A stretch of 64,000 nt of DNA, from assembly GCF_963921235.1 (NCBI RefSeq), contig NC_086097.1, forward strand, positions 208,570,001-208,634,000. Reading direction: 5' to 3'. The position numbers and the translations under genes are program-made. This DNA comes from Mobula hypostoma. Taxonomy: Eukaryota. Below the pieces are notes generated by a model. The model ran no database searches, had not been told where the DNA came from, and saw only the letters and a program-made list of their open reading frames with translations. Shown in pieces: positions 11,150 to 24,446 of this stretch (positions within the stretch are counted from its first letter, which is position 1; each line of letters opens with the position of its first letter).

Positions 11150-12290
11150 TTCAAAATCAAAGTAAATTTATTATCGAAGTATGCTTATGTCACCATATAC
11201 TACCTTGAGATTCAATTTCTTGCAGGCATTTACAGAAAAATAAAGCAATCAATAGAATTTATGAAAAACTGTCCATAAATAAAGACTAACAAACAAAAAA
11301 AAGTGTAAAAGAAGACAAATTATGAAAATAAAAAAATAAATAATATTTGTAGAATACTTGAAAGTGAGTCATCAGGCAGCACCACCATATAAAGGAGGGC
11401 AATAGGCTGTGATGGACTAAATTGTATTCACCATCTTTTGTAGACTTTTCCAATCCTATGCAGAGAGTATCCAGTTAGGATACTCTCCTCTGTGCATTTA
11501 TAGAAGCTTGTCTAAGTTTTAGGTGACACATCAAAACTCTGCAACTTCTGATAAAGCAGAGGTGCTGTTGCGCCTTCTTGTGATGGCACTTACCTGCTGG
11601 TCCCAGGACTGATCCTCTGATATGTTAACATCAAGGAATTTAAGGTTACTGAACCCCTCCAGCTCTGATCTCCTAATGAGTATTGGCTCATGGACCTCCA
11701 ACTTCTTCCTCCTATAGAAGATAACCAGCTCTTTGGTTTTGCTGGTTTTGTGAGGTTGTTGTTGTGACACCATTCAACCAGTTTTTCAATCACCGTCCTA
11801 TGTACCAATTCATCACTACCTTTGATTTGGCCAACAATAGTGGTGTCATCAGCAAGCTTAAATAAGGCTTTGGAGTTGTACTTAGCCATATAATCATAGG
11901 TCTACAGCAAGTAAAACAGGTGGCTATGCACAGAGCCTTGTGGTGCACCTTTGCTGGTGGTGATTGGGAAGGAAATATTGTTGTCAATCTGTTCTAACTG
12001 TGGTCTGCAAGTGAGGTAACTGAGGATCCAGTTGCACAAGGAGGTATTGAGGCACAGGACTTGTAGCTCAGTGAGGAATTTTGATGGGATGCTAGTTTCA
12101 ATGGTAGTCAATACCATCCTGATGTATGCACCTTCATTGTCCGGGTGTTCCAGTGGTGAGTGATGGGGCAATGAAGTGGCATCTGCTGTTGACCTGTTGT
12201 GACGGTTGGCAAATTGGAGCTGATCCAGGTCTCTCCTCAGGTAGGAACCTAATAACGAACCTCTCAAAGCATTTCATCACAGTGGATGCA
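11150..12290 (-). mobile_element. Rex1/Babar LINE remnant (RT and 3' UTR)
   Basis: DQLQFANRHNRSTADA, GAPQGSV, KLADDTTIVG, LKFLDVNISED; tail at 11150-11175. Confidence 0.85.
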
Positions 12291-12690
12291 GACTCGGTGA
12301 CCACTATATTAGGTACATCTTTACACCTGCTCAGTAATGCAAGTATCTAATTAACCAGTCATACAGCAGCAGCTCAATGCATGAAAATAATCAGACATAG
12401 TCAAAAAAGTTCTGTAATTGTTTAGATCAAACATCAGAATGGGGAAAAATATGATCGAAGTGACTTTGGCCGTGACATTTTTGTTGGTGGCAGACTGGAT
12501 GGTTTGAACATCTCAGAAACTGCTGAACTCCTGGGATTTTCATGTAGAACAGTCCCCAGAATTTACAGAAAATGGATGGCTATGGCAACAGAAGACCAGA
12601 AACATACAGTGATACTATTTATTTGGTATATTTATTATACCCATATATTTATTAGGTACTTCCTGTACCTAATAAATAGGCCACTGAATG
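12290..12690 (+). mobile_element. Second Tc1-derived non-autonomous element (same family as 9705-10605)
   Basis: Degenerate TIRs, NISETAELLGFSCRTV remnant, palindromic right end TTATTAGGTAC..GTACCTAATAA. Confidence 0.8.
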
Positions 12691-13035
12691 TAAGTGCTAC
12701 TGGACAATAGTCATTGATGCAGTTTGCCATGTTCTTCTTGAGCATCAGTATTTTTTAAGCACTCTTCAAATTACCCCGATGGTATTTGTTGAAGCAGATC
12801 TTAAGGTTTTCCATTGTTTACGATGATGTAACATGTTAGATTTCAGCAAAGAATTTTTCTTGGCTGAGGAGCTGACAACTTTGCCTCACTTTTTTTTTCT
12901 TATCTGTTTCTTATGGCTATCCCCTCAAGATAAAAGGAATTTCTAGCAAAATAAATATTTGTCATACTTATGCTCCTTGATATAACACAGAAAAATGAAT
13001 GAAAAATCCAAAAATCCAAAAGCAAATTGGAAATC

Positions 13036-13281
13036 TGTTATGTTTTGTGACTCCAAAACTAATCATTAAGAAAAAACATGGGAGCCTGATAGAATGTGTT
13101 TGCTTTGTTCTTTGCTTTAATGTGGTGGCAACATATGACATGATGGTGTAATGGCATATGCTATTCGCATACTTTTACATATAACCTGGAACGAATGGAG
13201 TAAACAACAAAGAATGTTTAATCAAACAATATATTAGTTACAATATTGCTCAAATATCACTGAAATATTAAATACACAACA
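13036..13281 (-). repeat. 3' LTR of the Gypsy element (246 bp)
   Basis: TGTTATGT...ACACAACA termini; polypurine tract AGGGAGGAG directly adjacent (13282-13290, minus strand). Confidence 0.8.
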
Positions 13282-14238
13282 CTCCTCCCTACTTAGCTCT
13301 AAATTCCAACTCAATATAAAATGCATCTCAACTTATATACACATACAATGCTATATAATACAACTACTACATAGACATCCATGGCAGAGTAAATTTTAAA
13401 TTGTCCCATTCAGGCCTAAAGATTTAATCGCTGTGGAGGATTTCTTTCTCTTGTGCATAACTTCTTTGTTGACAAGTAGAGTCACTCTGCTAAGCAGGAG
13501 AGACATGTGGCTGTGAAATCTTCTCAGGTTCTGGGGCCTCATCCATGGTGGCTGTAGGAGTTGACTCTGGGACTTCAGGAAGTGTTTCTGCCAGCTTGAG
13601 ACACCTTTCTTTTTTAACAATTGACTCTCCTCTCCTCAACTGATCAATGTGTCATCTGCAGATGATATCAGACGCAATCTGATAGGAGAGTGTAGGAGAG
13701 TGATCCATTCCTCTGCTTAATCTTTCCACGTATCCATACTTGATCAACTCCATAATCTCTCACCAGGTCTGCTTGTCCAGGAGTGAGACATCGAACCTTC
13801 ATGTTTGACGCGTCCTCAATTTGCCTCAGCTGTTTGTCCTGTATGCTTCTTTAGAGATTCAGTTTGAGCAGATCCAAGTGTGAGCACAAGGAATGACCCA
13901 GCAACTTGCATAGGTGGTGAGTTGTTGGTTGTGGAGTGTGCTGCATAGCGATATGCAAGGAGGAAACCGATGAACTTCTGTTCAGCATTAGTGCAGTGTG
14001 CTGACATAGCTCACAGTGTGTTCTTTAGACTCTAGACAAGCCTTTCCCCCAAGCCACTTGCAGCTGAGTGGTACGGTGCAGGTGTAATTTGTTTTATTCC
14101 ATTCATTTTCAGGAAAGACTTAAATAGTTCCACAACAAACATAGAATAATAGAAACATAGAAAATAGGTGCAGGAGTAGGCCATTCGGCCCTTGGAGCCT
14201 GCACCGCCATTTATTATGATCATGGCTGATCATCCAAC

Positions 14239-17200
14239 TCAGAACCCCGCCCCAGCCTTCCCTCCATACCCCCTGACCCCTGTAGCCACAAGGGCCATAT
14301 CTAACTCCCTCTTAAACATAGCCAATGAACTGGCCTCAACAGTTTGCTGTGGCAGAGAATTCCACAGATTCACCACTCTCTGTGTGAAGAAGTTTTTCCT
14401 AATCTCGGTCCTAAAAGGCTTCCCCTCTATCCTCAAACTGTGAGCCCTTGTTCTGGACTTCCCCAACATCGGGAACAATCTTCCTGCATCTAGCCTGTCC
14501 AATCCCTTTAGGATCTTATACGTTTCAATCAGATCCCCCCTCAATCTTCTAAATTCCAACGAGTACAAGCCCAGTTCATCCAGTCTTTCTTCATATGAAA
14601 GTCCTGCCATCCCAGGAATCAATCTGGTGAACCTTCTTTGTACTCCCTCTATGGCAATGATGTCTTTCCTCAGATTAGGGGACCAAAACTGCACACAATA
14701 CTCCAGGTGTGGTCTCACCAAGGCCTTGTACAACTGCAGTAGTACCTCCCTGCTCCTGGACTCGAATCCTCTCGCTATAAATGCCAGCATACCATTCGCC
14801 TTTTTCACCGCCTGCTGTACCTGCATGCCCACTTTCAATGACTGGTGTATAATGACACCCAGGTCTCGTTGCACCTCCCCTTTTCCTAATCGGCCACCAT
14901 TCAGATAATAATCTGTTTTCCTATTTTTGCCACCAAAGTGGATAACTTCACATTTATCCACATTAAATTGCATCTGCCATGAGTTTGCCCACTCACCCAA
15001 CCTATCCAAGTCACCCTGCATCCTCTTAGCATCCTCCTCACTGCTAACACTGCCACCCAGCTTCGTGTCATCCGCAAACTTGGAGATGCTGTATTTAATT
15101 CCCTCATCCAAGTCATTAATATATATTGTAAACAACTGGGGTCCCAGCACTGAGCCTTGCGGTACCCCACTAGTCACCGCCTGCCATTCTGAAAAGGTCC
15201 CGTTTATTCCCACTCTTTGCTTCCTGTCTGCTAACCAATTCTCCACCCACACCAATACCTTACCCCCAATACCGTGTGCTTTAAGTTTGCACACTAATCT
15301 CCTATGTGGGACCTTGTCAAAAGCCTTTTGAAAATCCAAATATACCACATCCACTGGTTCTCCCCTATCCACTCTACTAGTTACATACTCAAAAAATTCT
15401 ATGAGATTCGTCAGACATGATTTTCCTTTCACAAATCCGTGCTGACTTTGTCCGATCATTTCACCGCTTTCCAAATGTGCTGTTATCACATCCTTGATAA
15501 CTGACTCCAGCAGTTTCCCCACCACCGACGTTAGGCTAACCGGTCTATAATTCCCGGTTTCTCTCTCCCTCCTTTTTTAAAAAGTGGGGTTACATTAGCC
15601 ACCCTCCAATCCTCAGGAACTAGTCCAGAATCTAACGAGTTTTGAAAAATTAACACTAATGCATCCACTATTTCTTGGTCTACTTCCTTAAGCACTCTAG
15701 GATGCAGACCATCTGGCCCTGGGGATTTATCTGCCTTCAATCCCTTCAATTTACCTAACACCACTTCCCTACTAACATGTATTTCACTCAGTTCCTCCAT
15801 CTCACTGGACCCTCTGTCCCTTACTATTTCTGGAAGATTATTTATGTCCTCCTTAGTGAAGACAGAACCAAAGTAATTATTCAATTGGTCTGCCATGTCC
15901 TTGCTCCCCATAATCAATTCACCTGTTTCTGTCTGCAGGGGACCTACATTTGTCTTTACCAGTCTTTTCCTTTTTACATATCTATAAAAGCTTTTACAGT
16001 CCGTTTTTATGTTCCCCGCCAGTTTTCTCTCATAATCTTTTTTCCCCTTCCTAATTAAGCCCTTTGTCCTCCTCTGCTGAACTCTGAATTTCTCCCAGTC
16101 CTCAGGTGAGCCACTTTCTCTGGCTAATTTGTATGCTACTTCTTTGGAATTGATACTATCCCTAATTTCTCTTGTCAGCACGGGTGCACTACCTTCCCTG
16201 GTTTATTCTTTTGCCAAACTGGGATGAACAATTGTTGTAGTTCATCCATGCAACCTTTAAATGCTTGCCATTGCATATCCACCGTCAATCCTTTAAGTGT
16301 CATTTGCCAGTCTATCTTAGCTAATTCACGTCTCATACCTTCAAAGTTACCCCTCTTTAAGTTCAAAACCTTTGTTTCTGAATTAACTATGTCACTCTCC
16401 ATCTTAATGAAGAATTCCACCATATTATGGTCACTCTTACCCAAGGGGCCTCTCACGACAAGATCGCTAATTAACCCTTCCTCATTGCTCAAAACCCAAT
16501 CCAGAATAGCCGGCTCTCTAGTTGGTTCCTCGACATGTTGGTTCAAAAAACCATCCCGCATACATTCCAAGAAATCCTCTTCCTCAGTACCTTTACCAAT
16601 TTGGTTCACCCAGTCTACATGTAGATTGAAGTCACCCATTATAACTGCTGTTCCTTTATTGCACACATTTCTAATTTCCTGTTTAATACCATCTCCGACC
16701 TCACTACTACTGTTAGGTGGCCTATACACAACTCCCACCAGCGTCTTCTGCCCCTTAGTGTTACGCAGCTCTACCCATATCGATTCCACATCTTCCCGGC
16801 TTATGTCCTTCCTTTCTATTGCGTTAATCTCTTCTTTAACCAGCAACGCCACCCCACCTCCCCTTCCTTCATGTCTATCCCTCCTGAATATTGAATATCT
16901 CTGAACGTTGAGCTCCCATCCCTGGTCACCCTGGAGCCATGTCTCTGTGATCCCAACTATATCATAATCATTAATAACAATCTGCACTTTCAATTCATCC
17001 ACCTTATTACGAATGCTCCTTGCATTGACACATAAAGCCTTCAGGCGCTCTTTTACAACTCTCTTAGCCCTTGTACAATTATGTTGAAAAGTGGCCCTTT
17101 TTAATGGTTGCCCTGGATTTGTCGGCCTGCCACTTTTACTTTTCTCCTTTGTACTTTTTGCTTCTACGCTCACTCTACACCCCTCTGTCTCTCTGCACTG

Positions 17201-17284
17201 GTTCCCATCCCTCTGTTGTGAACTAACCTCCTCACGCCTAGCCTCTTTAATTTGATTCCCACCCCCCAACCATTCTAGTTTAAA
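14239..17284 (-). pseudogene. CR1 ORF2 (~1010 codons) broken only by two 1-bp deletions (~15553, ~16178)
   Basis: ORFs 16175-17269, 15531-16181 and 14239-15525 join when compared with sibling copies in the window. Confidence 0.9.
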
Positions 17285-17490
17285 GTCACCTCAGTAGCCC
17301 CCGCTAATCTCCCTGCCAGGATATTGGTCCCCCTAGGATTCAAGTGTAACCCGTCCTTTTTATACAGGTCACGTCTGCGCCAAAAGAGGTCCCAATGATC
17401 CAAAAACTTGAATCCCTGCCCCCTGCTCCAATCCCTCAGCCACGCATTTATCCTCCACCTCATCGCATTCCTACTCTCACTGTCGCGTGG
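17275..17490 (-). pseudogene. CR1 ORF1 C-terminus (esterase-like domain)
   Basis: INAWLRDW...GFKFLDHWDLFW...KDGLHLNPRGTNILA, stop TAG at 17275-17277. Confidence 0.85.
17278..17284 (-). promoter_or_regulatory. Putative -1 frameshift slippery heptamer U_UUA_AAC (CR1 ORF1/ORF2 junction)
   Basis: ACT TTA AAC TAG in ORF1 frame; the -1 frame TTT AAA CTA GAA TGG TTG GGG continues into the APE domain. Confidence 0.6.
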
Positions 17491-19765
17491 CCAACTGTGG
17501 TCCATTGTCACTGACTATGTGTTCTTGAACTCAATGCTTAAGAAGAGGCTTCGTAACACATCAACAGTATACAAAGCTGTAGTGGAGGCTATTAGAAACA
17601 CTTCTGGCCACTTTGTAGCTGCATCCACTACTAACAAGAAATATATGCCCATGAGTGGTCCGGCAAAATCTACATGAATCCTCTGCAAGGCCAATGCAGG
17701 CCATTTCCTGGGAATGGAGAGGTGCTGCTCTTGGCATCTTCTGGACATGTTGGCATCCCGAACAGTACATGGCGAGCTGCTCGATCTGCTGATCTATCCC
17801 AGACCACCAGACAAAGCTTTGTGCCAATTCTTTCATCTTGACCATGTCTCGATGGATGGTATGTAACTCTTCCAACATTTAGCTCTGAGCTTGGATGGTA
17901 CAATAACTCTCAATCCCCACATAAGGCAATCTCTTTCAAAGACAAGTTCATTCTGGTGCTAGAAAAAATAAGAGAACTAGAATTTCTGCTGCACATTCCA
18001 GCCATTTTGGCTGGCTATGTAGACCTGAGACAGTGTGGGGTATTTTCTAGATTCCCTTTGGATTATCTCTGCCTTAACGGGGAGACTTTTGATTTGCATT
18101 AGGGAGAAAATGTCAAAGGGAGTATCCTCTTTTGTAAATGTTTCAGGTATTTCCTTTTCCAAGGGTAAATGGGACAATCTATCAGCATTTACATGATTAG
18201 TTGTCCTCTTGACTTCACTTTTGTAAATGCATCCTCCAAGAAACAGAGCCCATCTCTGTATCCGTGGCTGTTAGTGGAACATCCTTCCGTGGGTTGCAAA
18301 TGGACACTAGTGGTTGATGACCAGTAATGAGGTAAACTCTCTCCCATACAAGTACTGGCTGAAAAGTTTTACATACCAAACCAGACTCCAGACCTCTCTC
18401 TCAATCAGTGCATAATCTATCTCTGCAATGGTAGTAAGGGAACATAATTCAAAGGCCGTGGTGTGTTCATTTCTATCACTTATAACATGTGACATGACTG
18501 CACTTATACCAAAAGCAGAATGGATCATAATGTGTGAGTACCATATCTGATATCACCATATCCTTTGTCTTTGAGAAAGCCATTTCACACTGTTTTGTCC
18601 ATTGCCATTTCTTCCCAATTTGTAGTAATGAGAACAAGGGGTGGAAAATAGTGGCCAGGTTAGGCAAGAACCTGGTTTAGTAATTGACAAATCCTAAATA
18701 GGACCTAACTGTTGCACATTCTGTGGCCTTGGGACATTCACCACTGCTTGAATTTTCTCGGCACACTTGTTAAAACTTGTGTGTCAATGGTGTAACCATA
18801 GTAAGTGATGCTTGGTTTAAAGAATTCACACTTGTTGCTTCATGCTCTGAGCCCATAATCTTCTGATCTTTTTACACCGTTTTGGTATTTTGGAGATGTT
18901 CCTTGTCATCCTCACTGGTAACAATGAAGTCATTCAGGTAACATTAAGTGCTTGAGCAGCTTTACAGTGCCTGGTCCATAGTTTTCTGCCAGAGTGCAGC
19001 TGCAGATGCTACTCTAAAATAAGCCTATTATAGTACTGAAGCCGTTTGTGAGTGTTCATGATGAGAAATACTTCAAAATCTTTTTCCATCTCCATGGTAG
19101 GTAGGTCTCAGCTAATTCTACTTTGCTAAAGTGTGTCCCTCAGAAAGGGTTGCAAGGATATCCTCTATTCTAGTCTGAGGTTACTTATCTGCTTTCAATA
19201 CTGGATTGATGGTGACCTTAAGATCATCACAGAACTGAGAGACCCATTCTTCTTGGCTTCTGGGACCACTCCTATTGCCCACGGACTCCACTCAACCTTG
19301 GAAATAATTCCTTCAGCCCCATATAATCTAGCTCAATGGCTATTTTATCATGGATGGTATAAGGAGCTGGACACCTTTTGTAAAACTTGGGTGTGGTATT
19401 TTCATTTAACACTATTTTACCTTTAATGTGTTTGAGATTTCCAACACCATCCTTGAACACTGCTGTGGCGTCATCCAGTACCTTTCTTAACTCGCTTTCA
19501 TTTGACTCTATTGCAGGGGATTTGACAAGCAAATGGTAGATGGATCTTCCATCAAGTTGCAGTTGTCTCTGCTGAACAATGCTGGCCTTCCTGTTTTTAT
19601 CACATGCAAGCTCAATGTTGGTTGTTGATTGTTGTACTTTACTGTTAAGCATGTCGTTCCCACAGGACATATTTTCTCCAGTATAAATTCCTAGTTGAAT
19701 AACTGCAGTCTTCAGTTCAGTATCTTTGAAATGCCATTTAAACTCATTTTGTGGAATGACAGAAG

Positions 19766-21525
19766 TAAACATCGAAACATAGAAACATAGAAAATAGGTG
19801 CAGGAGTAGGCCATTCGGCCCTTCGAGCCTGCACCGCCATTTATTATGATCATGGCTGATCATCAAACTCAGAACCCCGCCCCAGCCTTCCCTCCATACC
19901 CCCTGACCCCCGTAGCCACAAGGGCCATATCTAACTCCCTCTTAAATATAGCCAATGAACTGGCCTCAACTGTTCCCTGTGGCAGAGAATTCCACAGATT
20001 CACCACTCTCTGTGTGAAGAAGTTTTTCCTAATCTCGGTCCTAAAAGGCTTCCCCTCTATCCTCAAACTGTGGCCCCTCGTTCTGGACTTCCTCAACATC
20101 GGGAACAATCTTCCTGCATCTAGCCTGTCCAATCCCTTTAGGATCTTATACGTTTCAATCAGATCCCCCTTCAATCTTCTAAATTCCAACGAGTACAAGC
20201 CCAGTTCATCCAGTCTTTCTTCATATGAAAGTCCTGCCATCCCAGGAATCAATCTGGTGACCTTCTTTATACTCCCTCTATGGCAATGATGTCTTTCCTC
20301 AGATTAGGGGACCAAAACTGCACACAATACTCCAGGTGTGGTCTCACCAAGGCCTTGTACAACTGCAGTAGTACCTCCCTGCTCCTGTACTCGAATCCTC
20401 TCGCTATAAATGCCAGCATACCATTCGCCTTTTTCACCGCCTGCTGTACCTGCATGCCCACTTTCAATGACTGGTGTATAATGACACCCAGGTCTCGTTG
20501 CACCTCCCCTTTTCCTAATCGGCCACCATTCAGATAATAATCTGTTTTCCTATTTTTGCCACCAAAGTGGATAACTTCACATTTATCCACATTAAATTGC
20601 ATCTACCATGAATTTGCCCACTCACCCAACCTATCCAAGTCACCCTGCATCCTCTTAGCATCCTCCTCACAGCTAACACTGCCACCCAGCTTCGTGTCAT
20701 CCGCAAACTTGGAGATGCTGCATTTAATTCAGTCATCCAAGTCATTAATATATATTGTAAACAACTGGGGTCCCAGCACTGAGCCTTGCGGTACCCCACT
20801 AGTCACCGCCTGCCATTCTGAAAAGGTCCCGTTTATTCCCACTCTTTGCTTCCTGTCTGCTAACCAATTCTCCACCCACACCAATACCTTACCCCCAATA
20901 CCGTGTGCTTTAAGTTTGCACACTAATCTCCTGTGTGGGACCTTGTCAAAAGCCTTTTGAAAATCCAAATATGCCACATCCACTGGTTCTCCCCTATCCA
21001 CTCTACTAGTTACATACTCAAAAAATTCTATGAGATTCGTCAGACATGATTTTCCTTTCACAAATCCGTGCTGACTTTGTCCGATCATTTCACCGCTTTC
21101 CAAATGTGCTGTTATCACATCCTTGATAACTGACTCCAGCAGTTTCCCCACCACCGACGTTAGGCTAACCGGTCTATAATTCCCTGGTTTCTCTCTCCCT
21201 CCTTTTTTAAAAAGTGGAGTTACATTAGCCACCCTCCAATCCTCAGGAACTAGTCCAGAATCTAATGAGTTTTGAAAAATTATCACTAATGCATCCACTA
21301 TTTCTTGGTCTACTTCCTTAAGCACTCTAGGATGCAGACCATCTGGCCCTGGGGATTTATCTGCCTTCAATCCCTTCAATTTACCTAACACCACTTCCCT
21401 ACTAACATGTATTTTGCTCAGTTCCTCCATCTCACTGGACCCTCTGTCCCTTACTATTTCTGGAAGATTATTTATGTCCTCCTTAGTGAAGACAGAACGA
21501 AAGTAATTATTCAATTGGTCTGCCA
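19766..21525 (-). mobile_element. Young 5'-truncated CR1 LINE inserted in the Gypsy protease
   Basis: Nearly identical to 14136-15895; RT ORFs 20729-21538, 20267-20602, 19869-20252; short TACT duplication at the junctions. Confidence 0.95.
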
Positions 21526-22217
21526 GTAGCTGAGACAATGTCCAATTCCATTCTAATTAATTTGCTGTTCACTTCTGGCATAAGCCATATTGCTTGTCTA
21601 TGCAAGTTCTCACATTGTAAATCTCAACACTACTCAGTCCTGAGTCACTCTCATCATTACCAGATTTTTCATCAGCAGCATGCATATTAGTGCTCCTTTT
21701 GAAACTGCTCCTTTTTATCATTTTCTCTTCCCTGTACAGTCCATTTATTTTTGTCTGCCCAATATGCTCTTTGAATGTGCCCTACTTTTTTGTACTTCCT
21801 GCAAGTTTTGCCTTTTAACTTGCATTGGTCTGATATATCTGAGCACCTGCCACAACAGTAACACAGTTTGTTTAGCCAGTCAGGTTTCTGTTTAGATATT
21901 GCAATTTTGTTCACACTCACTTTCATTCTTGAATACAATTCAATTCCATCTCTGCCTGCTGTTTCCATTGATACAGCGATTTCAACTGCTCTTTAAAATG
22001 TGAGTTTTGTTTCAAACAGGAGCTGTTCTTGAATGTTTTCTTGTAAGATGCCACACGCTAAGCAATCTCTCAGTGCATCATTAAGGCCATTGCTGAACTG
22101 ACAATGGTTAACTTGTTTCTTCAATTCAGCCATGTATCAGAAATGAGCTCCCTTGCCTTTTGATTCAGCTTATTAAACCTAAAACATCCTACAATCAGCA
22201 AAGGTTTTAGTTCTAAA

Positions 22218-23265
22218 AAGTTCAAAGTTCGAAGTAAATTTATTATTGAAGTACATGTTAGGGCATATTCTGGAGTTATGGAAAATAGTAAATATTAGTT
22301 TCAACAGCAACTAGTCTTCAGATCCGAATGTGGATTGTAGGTTGAATTTAAAATGCAGCTCAGACAATGGTGTACTTGGAGCTGCATAATGGGACTGATT
22401 GCAAACCAGGAAGCACACCAGTATGTCTGCATATGCAAGAACGCAGCTCAGAGAGAGAGGTGATTAATATTCATTTTGGGTGTCTGGCTTGTTGGTGTGA
22501 AGATCTAAATGTTTGAAAATTTTATGGAATTTAAAGGAAGCGTTGTGGATACTTTGGACTATAGAATTGTCCGGCAGTTACCTTTGATCTTTTGCATATA
22601 AAAATGACATATAATATTGTATAAACCATATACAAACCTGAAATTCAATTTCTTGTGGGCATACTCAATAAATCTAATAACCATAATAGAATCAAGAAGG
22701 ACCACACAACAGGGCAGATAACTAATGTGCAAAAGAAAACAAACTGTGTAAATGCAAAAAGAAAGAAAAAAGCAGTAATAATAATAATAATAAATAAGCA
22801 CTAAATATCAAGACCATGAGTTGAAGATTCTGTGAAAGTGAATCCGTAGGTTGTGGAACATTTCAGGAATGGGCAAGTGAAGTTATGAACTTAACATTTC
22901 TGGATTAATAGCATGATGGTTGAGGGGTAATCACAGTACCTGACCCTGATGGTGTGAGCCTTGAGGATCCTGTACCCTTGTCCTGATGGCAGTAGTTAGA
23001 GGAGAGCATGACCTGGGTGGTGGAGGTCCCTGATAACAGACGCTGCTTTCCTGTGACAAAGCTTAGTGTAGATGTGCTCAATGGTGAGAAGAGCTTTACC
23101 CATGATGGACAAGGCTGTATCCACTATTTTTTGCAGGCTTTTTCATTCAGGGGCGTTTATGTTTCCATACCAGGCTGTGAGTCTCTACCACACATCTATA
23201 GATGTTTGTCAGAATTTTAGATGTCATGCCAAATCTTCCCATACTTAAAGAAGTAGAGGTGCAGA
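22218..23265 (-). mobile_element. Rex1/Babar 3' remnants
   Basis: (TTTGAAC)n-type tail at 22218-22250; FGMTSKILTNIYRCVVE remnant. Confidence 0.7.
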
Positions 23266-23597
23266 AGTGAGAAGAAGTAAATTGTTGCTTAGAAACAATT
23301 TTGCATTTATTATTAAATGTTGATATACCATTATACACTTATGCACAGTACATCTAATTCAGATCATACAATATCATATATTTTAAATTTTTTCCTACAA
23401 GTCAAAAGTAAATTGTTCATACAAATGTGTTGTGAAATGCCCAGACCAAGTTGGTTATACAATATCTGAAGCAGACTGTGCAGTACAATGGATAGAATGA
23501 AACCATCAAATACCCCATACAGCTACGATGCCAGTCATCATTTTTGAGAACATAATGTTTTGAGGACTTCATATGTTAACTAGCATAAAACAGTATT

Positions 23598-24238
23598 ACT
23601 GGACTGGATAAACTGGACTGGTCAAAGAACACTGAGGCTGTCTACAAGAAGGGTCAGAGCCATCTCTATTTCCTGAGGACACTGAGGTCCTTTAACATCT
23701 GCCGGACGATGCTGAGGATGTTCTACGAGTCTGTGGTGGCCAGTGCTATCATGTTTGCTGTTGTGTGCTGGGGCAGCAGGCTGAGGGTAGCAGACACCAA
23801 CAGAATCAACAAACTCATTCGTAAGGCCAGTGATGTTGTGGAGATGGAACTGGACTCTCTGACGGTGGCGTCTGAAAAGAGGATGCTGTCCAAGTTGCAT
23901 GCCATCTTGGACAATGTCTCCCATTCACTACATAATGTACTGGTTGGGCACAGGAGTACATTCAGCCAGAGACTCATTCCACACAGATGCAGCACAGAGC
24001 ATCATAGGAAGTCATTCCTGCCTGTGGCCATCAAACTTTACAACTCCTCCCTTGGAGGGTCAGACACCCTGAGCCAATAGGCTGGTCCTGGACTTATTTC
24101 CTGGCATAATTTACATACCATTATTTAATTATTTATGGTTTTATGTTGCTATATTTGTACTCTGTTCTTGGTTGGTGCAACTGTAACAACACCAAATTTC
24201 CCTCGGGATCAATAAAGTATGACTATGACAATGACTAT
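23598..24238 (+). mobile_element. Rex1/Babar-type LINE 3' end
   Basis: LDWSKNTEAVYKKGQSHLYFLR..MLRMFYESVVAS..SFLPVAIKLYN; AATAAA then (TATGAC)n tail. Confidence 0.85.
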
Positions 24239-24446
24239 TAGAATGGGTCATGAATCTTTTGTTTAATTCTACCTTGATTTAATATAAAGTAGAACAAATT
24301 ATGTTGCATATCTCATATTTAATTTCAGACATAGTATTGGTTTACATTTTGTAATTCAATGGTGAAGCAATGTCCTTTGCAATTGAATTGCAAGAAAACA
24401 TTCCACAGTGGTGTAGCTATTTTAGTAACAAGAACTTCCCTGTTCT

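Larger units (their letters stand above)
14136..17490 (-). mobile_element. Young CR1 LINE with full-length ORF2 (APE and RT) and 3' end of ORF1 (SGNH esterase-like), inserted in the Gypsy integrase
   Basis: APE motifs NARS, GITETWL, VYRPP, MGDFN, SDHN; complete RT; ORF1 DGLHLN; (TTTCTATG)n tail; splits integrase DNGPQ|FVVE. Confidence 0.97.
13036..22210 (-). mobile_element. Decayed Gypsy LTR retrotransposon (Mag/K02A2.6-like gag-pol) interrupted by two CR1 insertions; 5' LTR not seen
   Basis: Gag zinc knuckles (21690-21970), protease MELD..SA/TSVIP, RT/RNase H remnants (YALIERE, ADRLSHLP), integrase H-H-C-C, RIHVDFAGP, DNGPQF, APYH...GLGER. Confidence 0.9.

Noticed and set aside
16224..16904. 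226-aa + strand ORF and similar antisense ORFs (14627, 14927, 20556, 4512)
   Set aside because: Antisense shadows of CR1 ORF2 that recur in each copy; no independent coding evidence.
14130..21530. Both young CR1s inserted just after catalytic-Asp motifs of Gypsy integrase and protease (targeting?)
   Set aside because: Only two events, no shared target sequence beyond 3-4 bp microhomology; chance is sufficient.
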